A DNA stretch of 64,000 nucleotides, taken from NCBI GenBank assembly GCA_963707505.1, contig CAVPQB010000001.1, positions 96,001 to 160,000 on the forward strand, written 5' to 3'. Of this stretch, positions 59,241 through 64,000 are shown piece by piece (the stretch's first letter is position 1; each line of letters starts with the position of its first letter). Made by a program: the position numbers and the translations under genes. This DNA comes from an uncultured Gemmatimonadales bacterium (GTDB lineage: Bacteria; Gemmatimonadota; Gemmatimonadetes; Gemmatimonadales; Gemmatimonadaceae). The notes below the pieces were generated by a model. It did no database searches, was not told the DNA's origin, and saw only the letters and a program-made list of their open reading frames with translations.

Positions 59241-59753
59241 CTACTCCCCCAGCACCGGTTCGTACTCCGTGACGACGGGCGGCTCCAGATGACTCTCGCG
59301 CGACAACACTCGTGCGCACGTATTCCAGCGCAAGATCGAGTCGTCGTTCTCCGGCGGACGAATCGCCTCGGCCTTCTCGTACCACTCCATCGCCTCGCGG
59401 AAGGCATTGTATGCCATTGTGCTGCTACCCATTGCCACGCGACGCAATAGCTCCTGACCATGTCGTTCCGATGCAATGCCGGTATAGTACGCGCGCTGAT
59501 ACGGATCTGTGAGACGCGACAGGGCGTCGCGTACGTCGTGCGTCACGCGGCCATGTCCCGCAGCAAGTTGATCCGTGAGAGCCAACACCAACATCACTAT
59601 CACCTGTTGATTGTCGGGCTCTATCGCGAGAATATCTCGGCAGATGCTCTCGGCCGCCCATGATTCGTTGAGCAGCCTGTAGCGTTCTGCCTTCTGAAGA
59701 GCGCCGGGAATCGCCGCCCGCGAAATCGGCTTCAGTTCGAATTTCTCCGTCAT
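59241..59753 (-). CDS. Helical/TPR-like hypothetical protein coupled to sdhB
   Basis: ATGA overlap with the sdhB stop; KAERYRLLN..AESIC.DIL, YYTGI..ER, ILRWNTC. Confidence 0.8.
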   Translation of the reverse strand: MTEKFELKPISRAAIPGALQKAERYRLLNESWAAESICRDILAIEPDNQQVIVMLVLALTDQLAAGHGRVTHDVRDALSRLTDPYQRAYYTGIASERHGQELLRRVAMGSSTMAYNAFREAMEWYEKAEAIRPPENDDSILRWNTCARVLSRESHLEPPVVTEYEPVLGE

Positions 59754-60601
59754 GACGAGACCCTCGCTGGTTCCTTGTGACGAAACAGATTGACGAGCTT
59801 GTGCAGCGGATCGTAGTGCTGATCGACGACACGCTCCTTGAGCGGAATTATCGCGTTGTCAGTGATCGTGATGTTTTCGGGACAGACCTTGGTGCAGCAC
59901 TTGGTAATGTTGCAGTAACCGATGTTGTGCTTGTCCTTGAGATCGCCGGTGCGGTCCAGCACGTCGAGTGGATGCATCTCCAGCTGTGCCGCATGCACGA
60001 GCAATCGCGGCCCTACGAATTCATCATGCAGGTGATGATCGCGTAACACGTGACACACGTCCTGACACAGGAAGCACTCGATGCACTTCCGGAATTCCTG
60101 AATCCTGTCGACGTCGCTCTGCGCCATGCGCCACGTTCCGTCAGGTGCATCCGGCGCGCGCGGCGTGAATTGTCTGATGCGCTGCTTCTGTCTGAAGTTC
60201 GAAGAAACGTCGGTAACCAGATCACGCACGAGCGGAAATGCACGCATCGGCTCGATGGTTATCGGCTTCTCGAGGTCGAGCTGATTCAAGCGAGTCATGC
60301 ACATGAGACGCGGCATGCCGTTGATCTCGGCAGAGCACGATCCGCACTTGCCCGCCTTGCAGTTCCACCGGACCGCCAGATCGTTCGCGCTCTCCGACTG
60401 AATCTGATGGATCGCGTCCAGCACGACCATTCCATCCGATACGGCGGTTCGGTATTCCTCGAAGCGTCCGGACGTGCCGTCGCCACGCCATACCTGAAAT
60501 ACGATGCTCTGCGCGATAGTTCCGGCGCTCTCGTTGCTCCTCGCAGCAGCACGCGCTCCACTCTCGGCGACATCGCGCGTCTGTGATCCCGTAGCGGTCA
60601 T
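59750..60601 (-). CDS. sdhB: Succinate dehydrogenase/fumarate reductase iron-sulfur subunit
   Basis: CKAGKCGSC..C, CIECFLCQDVC, CNITKCCTKVCP. Confidence 0.93.
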   Translation of the reverse strand: MTATGSQTRDVAESGARAAARSNESAGTIAQSIVFQVWRGDGTSGRFEEYRTAVSDGMVVLDAIHQIQSESANDLAVRWNCKAGKCGSCSAEINGMPRLMCMTRLNQLDLEKPITIEPMRAFPLVRDLVTDVSSNFRQKQRIRQFTPRAPDAPDGTWRMAQSDVDRIQEFRKCIECFLCQDVCHVLRDHHLHDEFVGPRLLVHAAQLEMHPLDVLDRTGDLKDKHNIGYCNITKCCTKVCPENITITDNAIIPLKERVVDQHYDPLHKLVNLFRHKEPARVSS

Positions 60602-62415
60602 TTCTGCTCCTCGATTATCTGCTTCAGATCGTCGCGCATCTCGGGCAAGGGAATGCGCGTAACCTGCATCTTTCCGTCCGGCCCGCGAGTCACGGCGGTG
60701 TTGAAGTGCGCAAACGCGGGATCTTTCTCTGGATAATCATCTCTGAAGTGGCCGCCGCGACTCTCCTTCCGCTCGAGCGCCGAGCGTGCTATCGCCTCCG
60801 AGATCGTGAGCAGATTCGCGAGATCGAGCGCGGTGTGCCATCCCGGATTGTACTCCCGATTCCCCGGCACGGACACTTGCGACGCACGAGCGCGCAGAAC
60901 GGCGAGCCCGCTCAAAGCCTTCTGCATGTCTTCTTCCCTGCGAACGATGCCGACGAGATCCTGCATCATCGCCTGCAGGTCGTGCTGCACCTGATACGGC
61001 CCCTCGACGCCTTCCCCGTCCCGCTCGAACGGCTCGAGTGCGTAACTCGCCAGCACGTCTATCGCATCCTGATGCGGTGCGACAGCGGGATTCTGACTCG
61101 CGAACAGTGCCGCATGTTCCCCCGCACGCTTCCCGAAGACCAGCAGATCGGACAGCGAGTTTCCACCCAGACGATTTGCGCCGTGCAAACCTGCGGCGCA
61201 CTCGCCTGCCGCGAACAGGCCGGGCACGGTCGACATCTGCGTATCGCCATCGACACGAATCCCGCCCATCACGTAGTGCGTCGTGGGGCCGACTTCCATC
61301 GGCTCCTTTGTAATGTCGATGTCGGCTAGCTGTTTGAATTGATGATACATGCTCGGCAGCTTGCGCTTGATGTGCTGTTCCGCGTCCGGCAGCTTCGATC
61401 CGATCCACGAGATGTCGAGAAAAACGCCGCCGTGCGGGCTGCCTCTGCCTTCGCGCACCTCGCGCATGATGCAACGCGCAACATGATCGCGCGTGAGCAG
61501 CTCGGGCGGACGCCGCGCACTCTTGTCGCCCTGCGTGTAACGCCAGCCCTCCTCTTCGTTATCCGCAGTCTGGCTGCGATAGTTCTCAGGAATGTCGTCG
61601 AACATGAAGCGGCGTCCCTCGTTGTTCACCAGGATGCCGCCCTCGCCACGCACTCCTTCCGTCACCAGAATGCCGCGCACGCTCGGCGGCCACACCATGC
61701 CCGTGGGATGAAACTGCACGAATTCCATGTCCTGAAGCGCAGCGCCTGCATTGTACGCGAGCGACTGGCCATCACCTGTGTACTCCCAGCTGTTGCTCGT
61801 TATGCGATAAGCGCGGCCGATTCCACCCGTAGCCAACACCACCGCACCGGCGACGAACACCTTGAAGCGCCCGCGCTCCCTGTCGTACGCGAGCGCTCCC
61901 GTCACGCGATTACCCTCGCGCAGGAGCGAGATCACGGTGCATTCCATGTGCACTTCGACAGGCTGGTGGATTACGTAATCCTGCAGCGTGCGAATGATCT
62001 CGAGTCCCGTACGATCACCAACGTGCGCAAGCCGCGGGTATTTATGACCACCGAAGTTGCGCTGAAGAATTCGCCCGTCGGGAGTTCTGTCGAAAACCGC
62101 GCCCCATGCTTCCAACTCGCGTACGCGATCCGGCGCTTCGCGCGCGTGCAGTTCCGCCATGCGCCAGTTGTTGAGATACTGACCGCCACGCATGGTGTCG
62201 GCGAAGTGAACCTGCCAGTTATCTCGCTCGTCAGTATTGGCGAGTGCGGCCGCAACGCCACCCTCCGCCATTACAGTGTGCGCCTTGCCTAGCAGCGATT
62301 TGCAGACGAGGCCGACAGATGCGCCGGAATGTGCAGCCTCGATTGTGGCGCGGAGTCCCGCACCGCCTGCTCCGATCACCAGAACATCGTATGTATGCGT
62401 CTCGTACGCCGCCAT
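60598..62415 (-). CDS. sdhA: Succinate dehydrogenase/fumarate reductase flavoprotein
   Basis: GAGGAG, AHTVMAEGG (FAD-linked His), QFHPT, TEGVRGEGG, HYVMGG, HGANRLGGNSL, ESRGGH. Confidence 0.94.
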   Translation of the reverse strand: MAAYETHTYDVLVIGAGGAGLRATIEAAHSGASVGLVCKSLLGKAHTVMAEGGVAAALANTDERDNWQVHFADTMRGGQYLNNWRMAELHAREAPDRVRELEAWGAVFDRTPDGRILQRNFGGHKYPRLAHVGDRTGLEIIRTLQDYVIHQPVEVHMECTVISLLREGNRVTGALAYDRERGRFKVFVAGAVVLATGGIGRAYRITSNSWEYTGDGQSLAYNAGAALQDMEFVQFHPTGMVWPPSVRGILVTEGVRGEGGILVNNEGRRFMFDDIPENYRSQTADNEEEGWRYTQGDKSARRPPELLTRDHVARCIMREVREGRGSPHGGVFLDISWIGSKLPDAEQHIKRKLPSMYHQFKQLADIDITKEPMEVGPTTHYVMGGIRVDGDTQMSTVPGLFAAGECAAGLHGANRLGGNSLSDLLVFGKRAGEHAALFASQNPAVAPHQDAIDVLASYALEPFERDGEGVEGPYQVQHDLQAMMQDLVGIVRREEDMQKALSGLAVLRARASQVSVPGNREYNPGWHTALDLANLLTISEAIARSALERKESRGGHFRDDYPEKDPAFAHFNTAVTRGPDGKMQVTRIPLPEMRDDLKQIIEEQK

Positions 62416-63222
62416 CTAGAAGAGCCTCACATCGTGCAGGATTCCCATCGAGCAGAGTCTCACGTAGAGATCGGTGAACGCGACCCAGAAAAGACTGAGC
62501 CATGCCCAGCGCATGTGACCGCGATTGAGACAGCTCACACAATCGTAGCACTGCTTGCGCACCGGCGCGCCCGCCAGGCGATCCCGATAACCGCCCACGA
62601 GATGTCGCAACGAGTGACAGCCGAATGTGTAACCGCCGAGCAGGATCACGTTGATGGTGAGGACCAGTGTGCCGACACCGATGCCGAAATGCGTCACGCC
62701 AGTTGTTGGGTCGGAAAACCACATCGCGACGTACGCGTCGTGCGCAAGGATGACAATGAACACGAGCGCGACGTACATGAAGTACCGATGCACGTTCTGC
62801 AGAATGAGCGGGAACTTTCGCTCGCCCCGATAGCTCGTGCGCGGCTCGCCGACCGTGCAGTTGGACGGATCCGCCCAGAACGCCTTGTAGTACGCGCCGC
62901 GATAGTAGTAGCATGTGAGTCTGAAGCCAGCCGGAAACGGCAGGATCAGCAGCGCGGGCGTGAACGGAAGGATGCTCGGGATCCATCCAGGGCGGCTACC
63001 CTGAATCCATGCATGCGGGGAATTCGCGAACAGGAGCGGCGAGTAGAACGGCGACAGGTACGGGCCGTACTCGTAGTGCGCGTTCTGAAACGCTGCCCAC
63101 GTCGCGTACACCAGGAATGCGCTCAGGATCACGAAGACCACGAGCGGTTGCAGCCACCACGTGTCGCGCCGCATGGTCTTACCCCAACCGCGGCGCGTCA
63201 GCTGAACCACTTCAGACGCCAT
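62416..63222 (-). CDS. Succinate dehydrogenase membrane anchor, Rv0249c/Sdh1 (type F)-like
   Basis: YLSPFYSP, FRLTCYYYRGAYY, FPLILQNVHRY, GCHSLRH, HMRWAW; first gene of the sdh operon. Confidence 0.85.
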   Translation of the reverse strand: MASEVVQLTRRGWGKTMRRDTWWLQPLVVFVILSAFLVYATWAAFQNAHYEYGPYLSPFYSPLLFANSPHAWIQGSRPGWIPSILPFTPALLILPFPAGFRLTCYYYRGAYYKAFWADPSNCTVGEPRTSYRGERKFPLILQNVHRYFMYVALVFIVILAHDAYVAMWFSDPTTGVTHFGIGVGTLVLTINVILLGGYTFGCHSLRHLVGGYRDRLAGAPVRKQCYDCVSCLNRGHMRWAWLSLFWVAFTDLYVRLCSMGILHDVRLF

Positions 63223-63340
63223 GAAGTGCTCTCTCTTGAGGGGCTTTATTTCAGGACAAAGTACTCCGCAGGCTCAACGGTGGATAGAGGATTGCACGCG
63301 TCAGACCTGCGCCCCGCTGGTCATTCCCACCGCTCCTCCT

Positions 63341-63976
63341 TCACGCAGTGTCCTTCGGTACGACCGAAAATTCGCCCTCGCCTCGCGTCGCGTCCGCGAC
63401 GGCAGTCCGCAATGCTTCGGCGTTCGCGCGGGGCACTCGCAACCGATAGTGAACGTCGACGCCGTACTCCTCTTCCACCAACTCTGCGCCGAGTGATGCG
63501 ATCGCCTGTTGCACAACAGAAATGTTGGGATATCCGATCGACAGGATCACCTCGGTGTAATCCACGCGCTCAGCCAGCGGAAGAGACCCGAGCGCGAGCT
63601 GCACGCTTCCGCCATACGCCTTGACGAGGCCGCCCGTGCCGAGCTTCGTCCCGCCGAAATAGCGCGTCACGACGGCTGCGATCTCACCGACTCCGCTGTG
63701 CAGCAGAACCGTGAGCATCGGTCGCCCAGCGGTTCCATGCGGCTCGCCAGCATCGCTCATCCCTATCACGTTGGTACTTCCCGGCGGCCCGGCGACGTAC
63801 GCCCAGCAGTTGTGATTCGCGTCCGTGAACTCCATGCTCATTTCCCGAATGAACGATTGGGCTGCACCGGGACTGTCCACACGACGCAACGTGCATATGA
63901 ACCGACTCCGCTCGATCGTCTGCTCGACTCGGTGATCGGCGGCAGGCACTGGGTAGCGCGCAACGTCGCTCATCAT
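63341..63976 (-). CDS. yigZ: YigZ/IMPACT family protein
   Basis: SRFI, ANHNCWAY, SDAGEPHGTAGRPM, VTRYFGGTKLGTGGLVKAY. Confidence 0.92.
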   Translation of the reverse strand: MMSDVARYPVPAADHRVEQTIERSRFICTLRRVDSPGAAQSFIREMSMEFTDANHNCWAYVAGPPGSTNVIGMSDAGEPHGTAGRPMLTVLLHSGVGEIAAVVTRYFGGTKLGTGGLVKAYGGSVQLALGSLPLAERVDYTEVILSIGYPNISVVQQAIASLGAELVEEEYGVDVHYRLRVPRANAEALRTAVADATRGEGEFSVVPKDTA

Positions 63977-64000
63977 ACAATCGTAGCCGCGCGTGCAACC

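Overview
GC-rich bacterial chromosomal window. The gene set (TonB, DUF5916, secreted peptidases and serine hydrolases, a CckA-like hybrid kinase) suggests Gemmatimonadota, but this is inference only. All family calls come from motif recognition, not database searches. Recognisable core genes are tRNA-Phe(GAA), tgt, uup, argC-argB-argD-argA with a tandem ARG-box-like operator, dcp, yigZ, and a mycobacterial Sdh1-like (type F) succinate dehydrogenase operon with a fourth, uncharacterised gene coupled to it. The window is rich in peptidases and hydrolases (M1, M3, M14, M15, M20, S9, two retropepsin-like proteins, three beta-lactamase-fold serine hydrolases). About 11 kb downstream of tRNA-Phe (8802-19960) looks like a decayed accessory patchwork with gene fragments and no integrase. 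A tandem HD-GYP gene missing from the ORF track runs off the left edge. Three genes are frameshifted, probably by sequencing indels. Short 9-13 bp tandem duplications recur at gene ends and in intergenic regions. I saw no CRISPR array, transposase, phage genes or rRNA. The best leads are the SDH accessory gene, an ADH lacking its catalytic zinc cysteines, an atypical Tgt pocket, a candidate operator for a CGNR/ABATE regulator, and a G-tract repeat upstream of the HD-GYP gene. None is proven novel.
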